From an uncultured delta proteobacterium (GTDB lineage Bacteria; Desulfobacterota; Binatia; Bin18), in assembly GCA_963733195.1 (NCBI GenBank), contig CAVTCR010000059.1:196848-260847 (forward strand): a stretch of 64,000 nt of DNA. The letters run 5' to 3'. A program made the position numbers and the translations under genes. Of this stretch, positions 32,073-42,863 are shown piece after piece; the stretch's first letter is position 1; every line of letters begins with the position of its first letter. The notes beneath the pieces were generated by a model. That model worked only from the letters and a program-made list of their open reading frames with translations, searched no databases and had not been told where the DNA came from.

Positions 32073-33317
32073 ATGAGACTGGCAACCTATCGTGCCCCAT
32101 CGGGTGCGAGGAGAAAGCGGCAAGAGTCTTTTGCTGCCGTAGGTCTTGCTACTGCGCAGTTTGGCGATGAGATATTGCTCTACGGAAATAAAAAGCAATG
32201 GGACACCCTGAAAACCTCCGTCAGGCGCGGAGAGCTGCGGCTGATAGAGCGCGCGGCAAATGTGAAGCGAGAGCATCTGTACGTCGTGGTGCAGAATGGT
32301 CGCCTCTTTCAGCACCAACACCCTGAGATTCCGGTCCTTCTCGATCGCGGCCGCTTTTTGCTGGTCGAAATCGAACCTCGTCGCGTACGTCGTTTAACCG
32401 ATAAACATGGGACGTGTTATGCATTGTTGCCGCTTGAGAACGATATGGTTGTTTTCGCTCGGCCTGATGCTACCAGGGCGCGAGTGGAGCGCGTTGCGTC
32501 AATACAGAGCCTGGTAGACCGAGTGTCGCGTCAGCGCTTTGAGGCCGACCTCATTCATCTCGCCTCTTTTCCGACGCGAAATTCGGTCACTCCCCATTAT
32601 GCGCGAGCTTCACTCTGGGCACGAAACCAACTGAAACCGTTGGGCTACGTCACACGGAGGCAGAAGGTTTCTGTCAGTGGCCGCTCGAGCTGGAATATCA
32701 TGGCAGAAAAGCGCGGCAACGCAGTCAGCTCTCGAAAGGTCGTCGTCGTCACTGCACATTTAGACTCTATAAACCAGGCCGGTGGAGTGACCTCTACTGC
32801 GCCTGGGGCTGACGACAATGGCAGTGGTAGCGCTGGACTGCTGGAGATGGCGCGCGTCTTTCACGATCATAATGGCCAACATGACTTACGTTTCCTTCTT
32901 TTTGGTGGAGAGGAGCAGGGACTCTTTGGCAGCAAACAATATGTTGCCAGTTTATCGGTCGCAGAACAGAGAAAGATACAAGCCGTTGTCAACATGGACA
33001 TGATCGGAGCGCTCAATACCACGTTGCGTACTGTCCTCCTTGAAGGAGCGGCCTTATCGCAGTCGGTTATTGACGGGCTGCACGAAGCGGCAACGACCTA
33101 CACGCAGTTGCGGGTCGAAACTTCGTTACATCCCTTTAATAGCGACCATGTTCCTTTTATTAGCGCAAATATTCCTGCCGTGCTCACTATCGAAGGAGCC
33201 GACAGCACCAACACACATGTGCACTCGATGCACGATACCCTTCAGCATATTCACGTTGATCTCGCCGTCGAAATCTTGCGGATGAACGTCGCGTTTGTCG
33301 CGCGTGAAATCGGCTAA
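32073..33317 (+). CDS. M28 family zinc aminopeptidase
   Basis: AHLDS, PGADDNGSG, GEEQGLFGS, NMDMIG, SDHVPF and HSMHD motifs. GGAGG RBS before ATG 32073. Confidence 0.9.
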   Translation: MRLATYRAPSGARRKRQESFAAVGLATAQFGDEILLYGNKKQWDTLKTSVRRGELRLIERAANVKREHLYVVVQNGRLFQHQHPEIPVLLDRGRFLLVEIEPRRVRRLTDKHGTCYALLPLENDMVVFARPDATRARVERVASIQSLVDRVSRQRFEADLIHLASFPTRNSVTPHYARASLWARNQLKPLGYVTRRQKVSVSGRSSWNIMAEKRGNAVSSRKVVVVTAHLDSINQAGGVTSTAPGADDNGSGSAGLLEMARVFHDHNGQHDLRFLLFGGEEQGLFGSKQYVASLSVAEQRKIQAVVNMDMIGALNTTLRTVLLEGAALSQSVIDGLHEAATTYTQLRVETSLHPFNSDHVPFISANIPAVLTIEGADSTNTHVHSMHDTLQHIHVDLAVEILRMNVAFVAREIG

Positions 33318-33503
33318 GGCACTATTGTTCCAGAGCTGGTGTGATGTCAAGGAAAATCGTCGGCAAAGGGAGAAGACGGAAAGTCTTGTAACTCTGGCGG
33401 GACGGAGTATGCTCCCAGTAGAAGAACTGGGCTCTGGGGGTTCTTCTACTCGTTGCGGGAGTAGATGGGTGATCACCCTCAGTCCAGAAAAAAAGGAGGC
33501 GAT

Positions 33504-34871
33504 ATGGCGCAGACAACAGTCTTCAAGAATGCACGACTCATTGATGGAGTATGCTGACCAACCTCGTCCGAATGTATCGATTGTGGTGAACGGTGACCGC
33601 ATCAGCGCGATCGAGAGTGGTCCCATTCCGACACCAGCCGGCGCACAGGAAATCGATCTCAAAGGAAAAACCGTGGTGCCTGGACTGATCGATACGCATG
33701 TCCACGCCACGTTTGTGGACCGTGAAAGTTTACCGTTGTTTCTTGCAGCGGGGGTTACGACGGTTCGCGATGTAGGAGCAAAGCTCGAAAAGGCCCAGCA
33801 ACTGAGACAAGATCTCAACAGTGGCGCGACCCTTGGACCGCGAATGCTCATCTACGGGCCGCTGCTGGACGGCCCAACCTCGAGTTTTGAACCTACGGAC
33901 CACTTGGTGAGATGCTCGACTCCATTCCGTCGCCTGAGGCGGTCCCACAGAAGATTGGTTCCTTACTCGATGCCGGTGTTGATGGAATTAAGCTCTATTT
34001 TACATTGCCACCGGAGACTTCGACCGAGGTTATCCGTTTCGTCGACAAGCGCGTACCTGTCACTGGGCATCTCGGGTACACGCATTCCCTTGATGTTATT
34101 AAAGCGGGCATCGACGGCCTCGAACATGTGTGGATCTCGCCGTACAACGATTTCTGCGCCTTGGAGATGCAATTCGGGGTTGGTGCCTCGATGATGAATC
34201 CGTCATTCTGGCAACAGCTCAACAAAGGCTGGGAAGAGACGGACTTGAAGGGAAAACGAGCGCAGACCTGGTTCGATGCCATGATCAAACATCAAGTGAA
34301 TATGGGTACGACACTCGACTTACTGTGGATTGCGCGTTGTGGACGTGAAGCAGCAATGCAAGACCCTGACCGTCGCTATATTCCACCAATGGCACTGACC
34401 CGCCAGAAGGCGATGGCTTCACACATAGGAGAACGACCAGACTGGGATATCCATCCTGGAATTTTTGAGCCTATGGCTGCAACCAAAGTGTTGGAGAAAC
34501 ATCAAGAAGTGACGCGTATGCTCCATGATGCTGGTGGGCTCATTGTTGGTGGTACCGATTGTGGCGGGCTCGCGTATCCACCGCCGGGGTTCGCACTGCT
34601 ACGTGAAGTTGAACTTCTGAGTGAGTCGATTGGCGCGATGGCCGCACTGAAAGCAGTCACCTCTGTGGCTGCGCGTTACATCCGCCGAGCAGATGACATC
34701 GGTAGTATTGCGACTGGTCGGTATGCGGATTTTCTCGTTGTCGATGGTGATCCACTGCGTGATGTACGAGAGCTGCGCAAGCTAACGACGGTCTATCGTG
34801 GTGGCGTCGCCCATAACCCGCAGACGCTGCTGGCGCGGGTACCGCAGGTGAATCATGCGATAGCGTCGTGA
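33504..34871 (+). CDS. Amidohydrolase family protein (imidazolonepropionase-like fold); frameshifted
   Basis: MAQTTVFKNARLIDG, PGLIDTHVH, GVTTVRD, GLEH, GGTD and GRYADFLVVDGDP motifs. Confidence 0.88.
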
Positions 34872-34966
34872 GGTGTTCACGTCACTACCCCCTTCCTATC
34901 CTTCCCCCTATCGAGGGGGAAGGAACTCATAAGCGCGGCTCGCATCTTGATGTGTTGCCCTATGGT

Positions 34967-37419
34967 TCAGTACAGCACTCGTTCCTCCTTCAATTGTGCA
35001 ATCTGTTGCTCGGAGTAATTGAGTAGTTCGCGCATGACGTGGTCGGTATGTTGGCCTAACAATGGTGCGGGCGATCGCACTCCGTTGGAGGCATTGTACA
35101 GACGCCAGGGAATCCCGGTGTGGGTCTGCACGCCGATCTCTGGATGTGCCAGACGCGCAAAGAACTCACGCTCATTAAGATGTGCATCTTCAGCAAGATC
35201 TTTACAATTCATCGTTGGGAATGCCGCAACCCCCACGGCCTGGAGGGTTCGTGTTACTTCCCACTTGTTCTGCGTTTCAGTCCAAGCGGTAAGCAGTTGG
35301 TCCAAAGCGTCTTCGTTGACCTTACGATCACGCATAGTGAGAAAACGTTTATCGTTCACAAGTTGTGGCTGTCCGATGGTTTGACACAACGCCTGCCACT
35401 CCGCTTCCGTACCGCAAGCAATCGTGACCCACTCCTCTTCTCCTGCACAGCGAAAACAGTTGTGTGGCGCCATCACCGGATCACGGTTCCCGTGTCGCGG
35501 CGGTTGGGTCCCGTTCATGGCATAGTCCATCCAACCTTCAGGCACTAAGGCAGCGACAGCTTCCCATAACGACACATCAATGTACTGACCTTGGCCAGTA
35601 CGTTGCCGTGCTGCAAGAGCTGCACAGATAGCAACCGCAGCATTGATGCCTGCATTTGGGTCACCATAGGAAAGCCCTACTTCCTGTGGAGGACCACCGG
35701 CATAGCCCGTCAACGACGAAAGGCCGGTGAGTGGAGCAATGGCAGGACCATAAGCCATATAATTTTTCTGTGGACCAGTATGACCATAGCCAGAGATGGA
35801 GGCCATGATGATATCCGACTTAATCTTCTTGAGTTCTTCATAGCCGAGCCCCAATCGCTCCATCACGCCAGTTGCGAAATTATCGACAACGACATCACTT
35901 TTAGCGATCAGCTCTTTGGCGATGGCAATCCCTTCGGCTTTCGTCAGATTCACACTGACGCTTTTCTTTCCCAAACTCCACTGATTGAACAAGCCATTCC
36001 GGTCTATCCCGGTTTCACCCCCTTGGGGAACAGCGGTAGACGACGCGTGAGATCGAGGTGACTGCGTGATTCGATCTTGATGACCTCTGCTCCAAGATGT
36101 GCAAGGTGCAATGTACAAAATGGTCCTGCCCACACCCAACTAAAATCGGCTACCCGCACGCCGGCAAGCGGAAGACGAGATCTCGAAGTCCCAAGTGCAG
36201 AGTTCGGAGTTCGATGCCCTTCTTTGACTTGTTTTGAACTTGTTTCGACTTGTGTTGACCTCGCCTCGACTTGCTTGAGACTTGTCTTGACTTCCTCAGT
36301 GTGTTCGCTGAGCAGTGGCGCGGGCCGACGAATCTGCCACCAGGGTTCACGTAGTTGATACGGCGGTCCGAGATGAGAAAGGGTTCCTGCACGCGGATGG
36401 GTGACTTCAACGAAAAAGTGTCGCGAGCGTAGTTGTTCCTGGGTGGCCATTTGCGACATGGTTAGCACCGGGGCAAAACACAGACGCTGTTCCTGTCCAG
36501 CATGAAAGAGGTCCATCACGCGCCACTGCTGCATCCATTCTTTTAAGTGTGGCTTTAACAGGTGTTGGTTTTTTGTTCGCAGCATGAAGTCGCCAAACAA
36601 CTCTGCAGTTGCCCACGACGGATTACCCATCAACGCTAGCAACCGTTGCCATTGGTCTTCTTCTGCGACGGCAACGAAGATGTCGCCATCCTGACAAGCA
36701 AAAATTCCCCACGGGTCTTGCAGGCGTCTTCCTAATCGCGAATTAACCCGGCCAAGAAAGGAATAGGTAACGAAATGGTGCTCTAAAAACGACGCCACAT
36801 AAGCCTGAACAGAGAAGTCGATATGTTCTCCTTGGCCGGTCTGCAAGGCGCGGAAATAGGCGGCAAGCGCTGCAGTCGCCGCAGCTAAACCTCCTTGAAA
36901 ATTGGCTTGATGACCAGCAGCTTTGAGTGGCGGCAAATCTGCCCGGTCCGATCCCCCAGGACTTAACCATGCCCAGCCCCCACCGTGTGCCATTGTCAAT
37001 TCATAGGCTTTGTAATCCTTGTGAGGGCCAGTCAACCCAAACGGCGTAATCGAACACATGACCAAGCGTGGGTTAATCTCACAAAAAGTCGGATACTCAA
37101 TTCCCAGCTCCGCCATTTGTGTAGGAGCATAATTATGGACGAGGAGATCAGCCCAAGCGACTAGGCGAAGGAGCGCCTCTCGTTCCTTGTGTAGGTCTAA
37201 GGTGATCCCGCGTTTATTCGTATTCAGCGCAAGAAACAGCCCGCTCTGTTCCTGATCAACCCTGCCACCAGGAAACGGACCACACTGACGAGCACGGTCG
37301 CCCTCAGGCTCTTCCACTTTGATCACATCTGCACCGAGGTCAGCCATGAGCTTGGTCGCATACGCTGCTGACACCATATTGCCAAGTTCCAAGACCTTTA
37401 CGCCTTCGAGTCCTTGCAT
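34967..37419 (-). CDS. Tandem double-domain family III CoA-transferase (CaiB/BaiF); frameshift near 36010
   Basis: Two LxG.KV/RV...LGA.VIK.E domains in ORF 36004..37419 continuing into 34967..36139. Confidence 0.88.
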
Positions 37420-37551
37420 GCACCTACCCTCCTTTTAAGTTGTAGCGTAGCCTATTGTGCCTGTTTGAGAACTCATGGTGAGGGACGCAATGTTTCTTGC
37501 TACACGACCGTTCCATCGACTTTGTGAATTTCTACAGTAAGGTTACCAGTT

Positions 37552-37760
37552 TCATCTGCCAAGACCTCCACTCCAGGCGAAGCGAAACCCTTTCGCCTGT
37601 GTCACAGCAGAAGCAGTCCGGAAACATCCTTCCGCTGTTGGTCCACCAGAAATGGATGCAGTGTAGCGGTACGGGGTGTCAGGGGTAAGGTCATCGACAG
37701 TTATTTTGCCAGTGAAATCGTGCGTAGCGGTCACTGCTATTTCGCGACGGATTCCTGGAC
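37552..37760 (-). pseudogene. Alkaline phosphatase D (PhoD)-like N-terminal fragment
   Basis: HDFTGKITVDDLTPDTPYRY...G.FRTA...FRFAWSG, then a stop codon. Confidence 0.55.
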
Positions 37761-37990
37761 CATGTGACGTTCCCTCTCGTTATACGGTGGCACGTATGTG
37801 ACGCGCCGTTGAGGATATGTGAGATATAGGTCGGCCTCGCTTCATAGCCGTTGTTCATCACTCTCTCTTTGTTTTTCGATGGTTGGAGAAGGACTTTTAT
37901 CGGGAGGGCGAGGTCGAAGGTTCCCAGAGACGGTACCGGGTGAACCTTCGACTGTACGGTAAGGACTGCACTCCCACGAGCAGAGGTTTT

Positions 37991-38539
37991 CTACAATGCA
38001 GCGGCCCGTGCTTCGTTGCCAATGAGCTTGGCCACAATCGAGTCAATGATCGCATCGGCACGTGACCACACTTCTTCCTTGGTCAGCGGTACGATCGGAT
38101 GGGGAACAGTGATGACTTCGTACGACGGAATGCCGAGATTCTTACACTGCAAGCGGGCAGCAGCAACAAACTCGGTCGTGGAGATATTGGCGGTCGGAAT
38201 ACCATTTTCTTCAAAGTAGGCGACATCGTGCGAACTGCACGATATGCACGACCCTCACGAGCTGACCGCTTCGACGACTCCGTGGCAACGAGAGAGAATA
38301 TCTTTCCTCACTTCTGGTTTGGCCATGCGGGTCGGCGACGGTTTTGCATGGCGCACAACTTCAGCCACACCAAAGCGGTCTTTGAGTAGTGCTTCTACTC
38401 GATCAAGGAAAATGTTGCTGTTGGGAAAGCCGATATCCACCAAAGCGATAGTTTTTCCATTCAGACCGGATAGGCGTGGGGCAAGGGCTTTCTCTGCCTT
38501 CCCACCGTAGCCAATTGGATTGAGCATCTCGTCTGCCAT
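37991..38539 (-). CDS. UGSC-motif selenoprotein (UGA at 38255-38257 read as Sec)
   Basis: ORF 38255..38545 stops at TGA. The frame continues U-G-S-C-I-S-C-S-S-H-D...GIPT...TEF...VPHPI to TAG at 37991. A SECIS-like hairpin follows the UGA. Confidence 0.88.
38223..38245 (-). promoter_or_regulatory. Bacterial SECIS-like hairpin
   Basis: ATATCGTGC-AGTTC-GCACGATGT. The apical loop starts 18 nt after the UGA, with G at loop position 2 followed by U. Confidence 0.8.
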
Positions 38540-38567
38540 AGACATATCTCCTTTCAGTTCCTAGATA

Positions 38568-39650
38568 TCAGTCAACTTGGATACGCTTGCTTACAGGTGT
38601 GCTACCTAAATCATCTGCCACCCATCCCGGAATCGCAGCTGAGAAACGTCCTGCGGTTCCGCCTGCAACCACGACAAAAATCGAATCTGGCGAACGGAAC
38701 TTACGTACACGATCTCCCACCACGAAGCCTTTATCGCCTCCCGCCTTTAACAGCGCAGTGCCAAACCCCTCGCCACCTTCTTTGCCGGGTTTGAGATCAT
38801 CGAGCGAGAGAGTCACATTGTCGTAAAGAAACTGGCGTACATCTTTTTGTGACAATCCATCCGCAGCGATCGTCTGCGCGTGCTCAGGGCTCAATACAAG
38901 AATTGTGTCTCCGAAGAGTGGATAGTTCTTATAGTTCCATAACCCACCACCCATGGTCCGACCGATAGACCACAACAACTGTTCGGCACTACGACTTTGA
39001 AAATCGCTGATCTGTTGCGGGGAACCACCAGCAAAGAGAGTGATCGCGGAGTCATCGGCGCTGAAGCCACGCTCGGTATGAAACGGCTCCCACGGAGACT
39101 CTTCTTCATTCTCAGCGATGACCGCCGTGTATTGACCGGGGTGGCCCATTGTTGCTTTGGTCAGCTCGTGCGGACGTGCCCCACCGATATTCATGATCAC
39201 CAGACGCAGGGCGCGACCGATGGTAGCATTGGCACGAAACCCATGGCCAAGAGCATTGTGGCCGCCGTTGAGACCAATCTGGAATCGGACCGGACCGTTA
39301 ATGATCGCCCACGGCGCAGCCGAGAACAGCGTGACATTCAGGCCGTGCGCACACAATCGTTCGTCACATAAGCCTTCCACTCCGGCGAGCACAACAGGTA
39401 GATACTCTGGCTTGCATCCAGCCATAACCGCGTTAATGGCGATCTTTTCAACTGTAGCTTCACCGTACTGCGGGCCAATAGTGCCAAGTAACTCACCGCG
39501 TGCGCGACCAGGAGCACCTGCAAGCATGCGTTCGACACGGTCTCGGGTCGGTGGCACGACTGGAAGCCCGTCCGTCACTCCTTGTTCATAAAGTTGCTCG
39601 ATCAGATCTTCGGCAGGAATGGAATGCACTGTTGCAGTAGCGGTGGCCAT
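38568..39650 (-). CDS. Conserved uncharacterised protein, partner of the UGSC protein
   Basis: TDGLPVVPPT, TVEKIAINAVMAGC.PEYLPV, RANATIGRAL and AENEEESPW motifs; ends 28 nt upstream of the UGSC start. Confidence 0.85.
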   Translation of the reverse strand: MATATATVHSIPAEDLIEQLYEQGVTDGLPVVPPTRDRVERMLAGAPGRARGELLGTIGPQYGEATVEKIAINAVMAGCKPEYLPVVLAGVEGLCDERLCAHGLNVTLFSAAPWAIINGPVRFQIGLNGGHNALGHGFRANATIGRALRLVIMNIGGARPHELTKATMGHPGQYTAVIAENEEESPWEPFHTERGFSADDSAITLFAGGSPQQISDFQSRSAEQLLWSIGRTMGGGLWNYKNYPLFGDTILVLSPEHAQTIAADGLSQKDVRQFLYDNVTLSLDDLKPGKEGGEGFGTALLKAGGDKGFVVGDRVRKFRSPDSIFVVVAGGTAGRFSAAIPGWVADDLGSTPVSKRIQVD

Positions 39651-39725
39651 AGGTGTCCCCTCCGTCATCGGTCACTCTAGGATGCTGAGGCGCTAATTGC
39701 AAGGATTGCCGGGACCTGTTCCTCA

Positions 39726-39793
39726 ATGATCTACATCAACATACTCTCAACCGGGGAGACCAAAGAGTACACAACCCGGCGGACCGGCTGTAA
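39726..39793 (+). pseudogene. intI: Integron integrase (IntI) extreme C-terminal remnant
   Basis: ATG ATC TAC (MIY), then after a small indel HTLNRGDQRVHNPADRL*, matching the IntI-type terminus MIYTHVLNRGGxGVxSPxD. Confidence 0.65.
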
Positions 39794-40003
39794 GTGCTGT
39801 GTTCCGAAAGGTGATGAGCAAACTAACACAAGCCTCCACAGCCGTATTAGTTTGCAGATTGTGCAAACTAATACGAAGTACTCACTGCGAGTAGAAACGA
39901 GCTAAGTCTTGCCAAACAAAAAAGAATGGCACATGATCCGGGGAATTTTACTACTGGTTTATTTTGCAGAAACGGCAAGGTTTACCGACTTGCTTTGGGC
40001 CAA

Positions 40004-40019
40004 CTAACACGCGTTAGGC
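40004..40019 (+). other. attI-like recombination site
   Basis: CTAACACGCGTTAGGC: GTTRRRY core (40013-40019) with inverted CTAAC, 22 nt before the first cassette ORF. Confidence 0.6.
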
Positions 40020-40041
40020 AAAACAAGGGCAACTAAAAGGG

Positions 40042-40584
40042 ATGAGACTTCGGGAACGATATCGCCGGCTGACACTTTGGAACAAAATCGCTTTCTGGGG
40101 ATCAGTCTCCTCGATCATAGCATTGCTACTCGCAATTGTTCCATCGTTTCAAGAGACTCATCAGGGGGCTAGTCTCTCGCGAATCCTGAGACTTACACCA
40201 GAACAGAAGGTCAAGTTCGTGGAAGTTTTACAGGCTGCACCCAAGCCACGGGAAGGCGTACAACTTGGCTGTGCCGGTGCGGACGAACAAGCCTGCGTTC
40301 TGGCGGGTACTTTTCTCGACCTTTTTCAGAAGGCAGGGTGGACCGTAAGAAGTGATGGAGTTGAGAGAGTCCGACTTTCTAAGCCTAAAGGCGGAGTGGT
40401 TCTCATGAAGCGAGGGGCTACAACAACCCCTCCACCACCTGGGTCGGGCGTGTGGGTGCTTCAGACACCGTCGCTGTTGGTGTTAGAACGCGCCTTTAAG
40501 TCGATTGGCTTCCATACGGAGAAGGCCGCTGATGCCACCATGCCGGAAGGTGTGATCGGAGTGTTTATTGGCCCGAGTGTGTAA
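40042..40584 (+). CDS. Hypothetical membrane-anchored protein (integron cassette gene)
   Basis: 180 aa with one N-terminal TM segment, directly after GTTAGGC. Confidence 0.7.
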   Translation: MRLRERYRRLTLWNKIAFWGSVSSIIALLLAIVPSFQETHQGASLSRILRLTPEQKVKFVEVLQAAPKPREGVQLGCAGADEQACVLAGTFLDLFQKAGWTVRSDGVERVRLSKPKGGVVLMKRGATTTPPPPGSGVWVLQTPSLLVLERAFKSIGFHTEKAADATMPEGVIGVFIGPSV

Positions 40585-40634
40585 CGAAACACCAGGCGTG
40601 GAAAACCAGACGAGAATGCGCCAGAATAGCGCGA

Positions 40635-40961
40635 GTGGATATTGAAACCATTCGTGAACGTGTTCGCCAGGGCCACTACCTCATCAAGAGTCATGCGGTA
40701 CGGCATGCCTTGAAGGAGGGGTTCGAGCGAAGCCATATGGTCGAAGCAATTTTAGAGGGAACTATCATCGAGGAATATCCGGACGATCAGCGCGTGCTCA
40801 TTTGTGGCAAAACCAGCTTGGCGAAGAAAACGGATATTTACTTGCACGTTGTCTGTGAATACGCTGATCCTGTCTATGCCGAGTTTGTTACGGCCTACAT
40901 CCCAGATGAACAAGAGTGGGCACAGCCACCGTTTCGACGACGCAAGCAAAAGAGGCGCTAA
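40635..40961 (+). CDS. DUF4258-type putative toxin
   Basis: SHA...EAILEGTIIEEYPDD.R.LI.G...LHVVC...VTAYIPD..EW pattern. Confidence 0.8.
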   Translation: MDIETIRERVRQGHYLIKSHAVRHALKEGFERSHMVEAILEGTIIEEYPDDQRVLICGKTSLAKKTDIYLHVVCEYADPVYAEFVTAYIPDEQEWAQPPFRRRKQKRR

Positions 40962-40964
40962 CCT

Positions 40965-41273
40965 ATGACAACCAAACCGATTCCCATGTGCAGGGAGCAT
41001 CACACAGAGAAAGAGTGGCGGCTCACGACTTTTGAATATCAAGAAGAAGGGATCACCGTTCGCGTACCGCATCTCTACGCGTGGGTGTGTCCAGTTGATG
41101 GCGAGGCTTCGTTTACTCCTGAAACGGTCGACGAGTTGCTCCTGACGATCCGAGAACTCATCGCGACGGCCAAGCGCGCCCAGGAACGCCGTTCAGAGCT
41201 TACCCAATATATCGTCTCAGTCGAGGGACCGCAGCGAGAGAACGTCACTCCCAGTGTTTCCAGAGAAGAATAG
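40965..41273 (+). CDS. YgiT-type zinc-finger putative antitoxin
   Basis: C-x2-H ... ITVRVPHLYAWVCPVDGEASF.PET; starts 3 nt after the DUF4258 gene. Confidence 0.75.
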   Translation: MTTKPIPMCREHHTEKEWRLTTFEYQEEGITVRVPHLYAWVCPVDGEASFTPETVDELLLTIRELIATAKRAQERRSELTQYIVSVEGPQRENVTPSVSREE

Positions 41274-41278
41274 GCAGC

Positions 41279-41479
41279 GCCTAACCATCGCCTTCAGGCC
41301 GACTGCGGCCCACGAGCGGTTCTGAGCGAATGCGAAAGGATACAGTTGGGCCGCGGAGGCTGAGGCGCGGCGTTGAGGCTGTAGGAAAACTCCAAATTTT
41401 GGATTTTCGCGTCGAGAAAGTCCTTGGTTTTCAAGAGTCGAATTTTTCAAAAGAGACTTTTTCTACAACCTCGTTAGGC
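41279..41479 (+). other. attC site (100 bp when the MITE is removed)
   Basis: GCCTAAC (41279) ... GTTAGGC (41473). Arms CGCCTTCAGGCC..TGCGGCCCA and TGGGCCGCGG..GGCTGAGGCG pair with extrahelical bases. Begins 5 nt after the antitoxin stop codon. Confidence 0.85.
41375..41472. mobile_element. 98-bp MITE with about 18-bp imperfect terminal IRs and a GTT target duplication
   Basis: Left end GAGGCTGTAGGAAAACTC versus reverse complement of right end GAGGTTGTAGAAAAAGTC. GTT flanks both sides. Confidence 0.8.
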
Positions 41480-41652
41480 GTGGTTGGCCGTAACTGGGTT
41501 GCAAGCTCCCAAGACTCGCTATCATAACCGCCGAAGCATTGCGCCAGCGAGTAAAGGGTTCTGCAACCGTCGGCGGAATCTCCTACGTGTAAAGAAGCCG
41601 ACGGGAAAAGTCCTGGCGATCAACTCTGCCACACAATTACCGCACACGATAC

Positions 41653-42798
<1,146 letters not shown>

Positions 42799-42863
42799 TC
42801 AGGTACTCACTCTCAAGGTAGTATTCCGATTGGAACGTTAGTGGTCTACCTCCCCACCCATAG

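Noticed and set aside
31461-33317. 618-aa ORF as one protein
   Set aside because: Its start overlaps the Kelch gene and the N-terminal part is non-coding or relic sequence. A strong RBS and ATG at 32073 define the M28 peptidase.
38568-38570. TGA stop of the UGSC partner gene as a second Sec codon producing a fusion
   Set aside because: The downstream gene is in a different frame, has its own RBS, and no SECIS-like hairpin was seen after this TGA.
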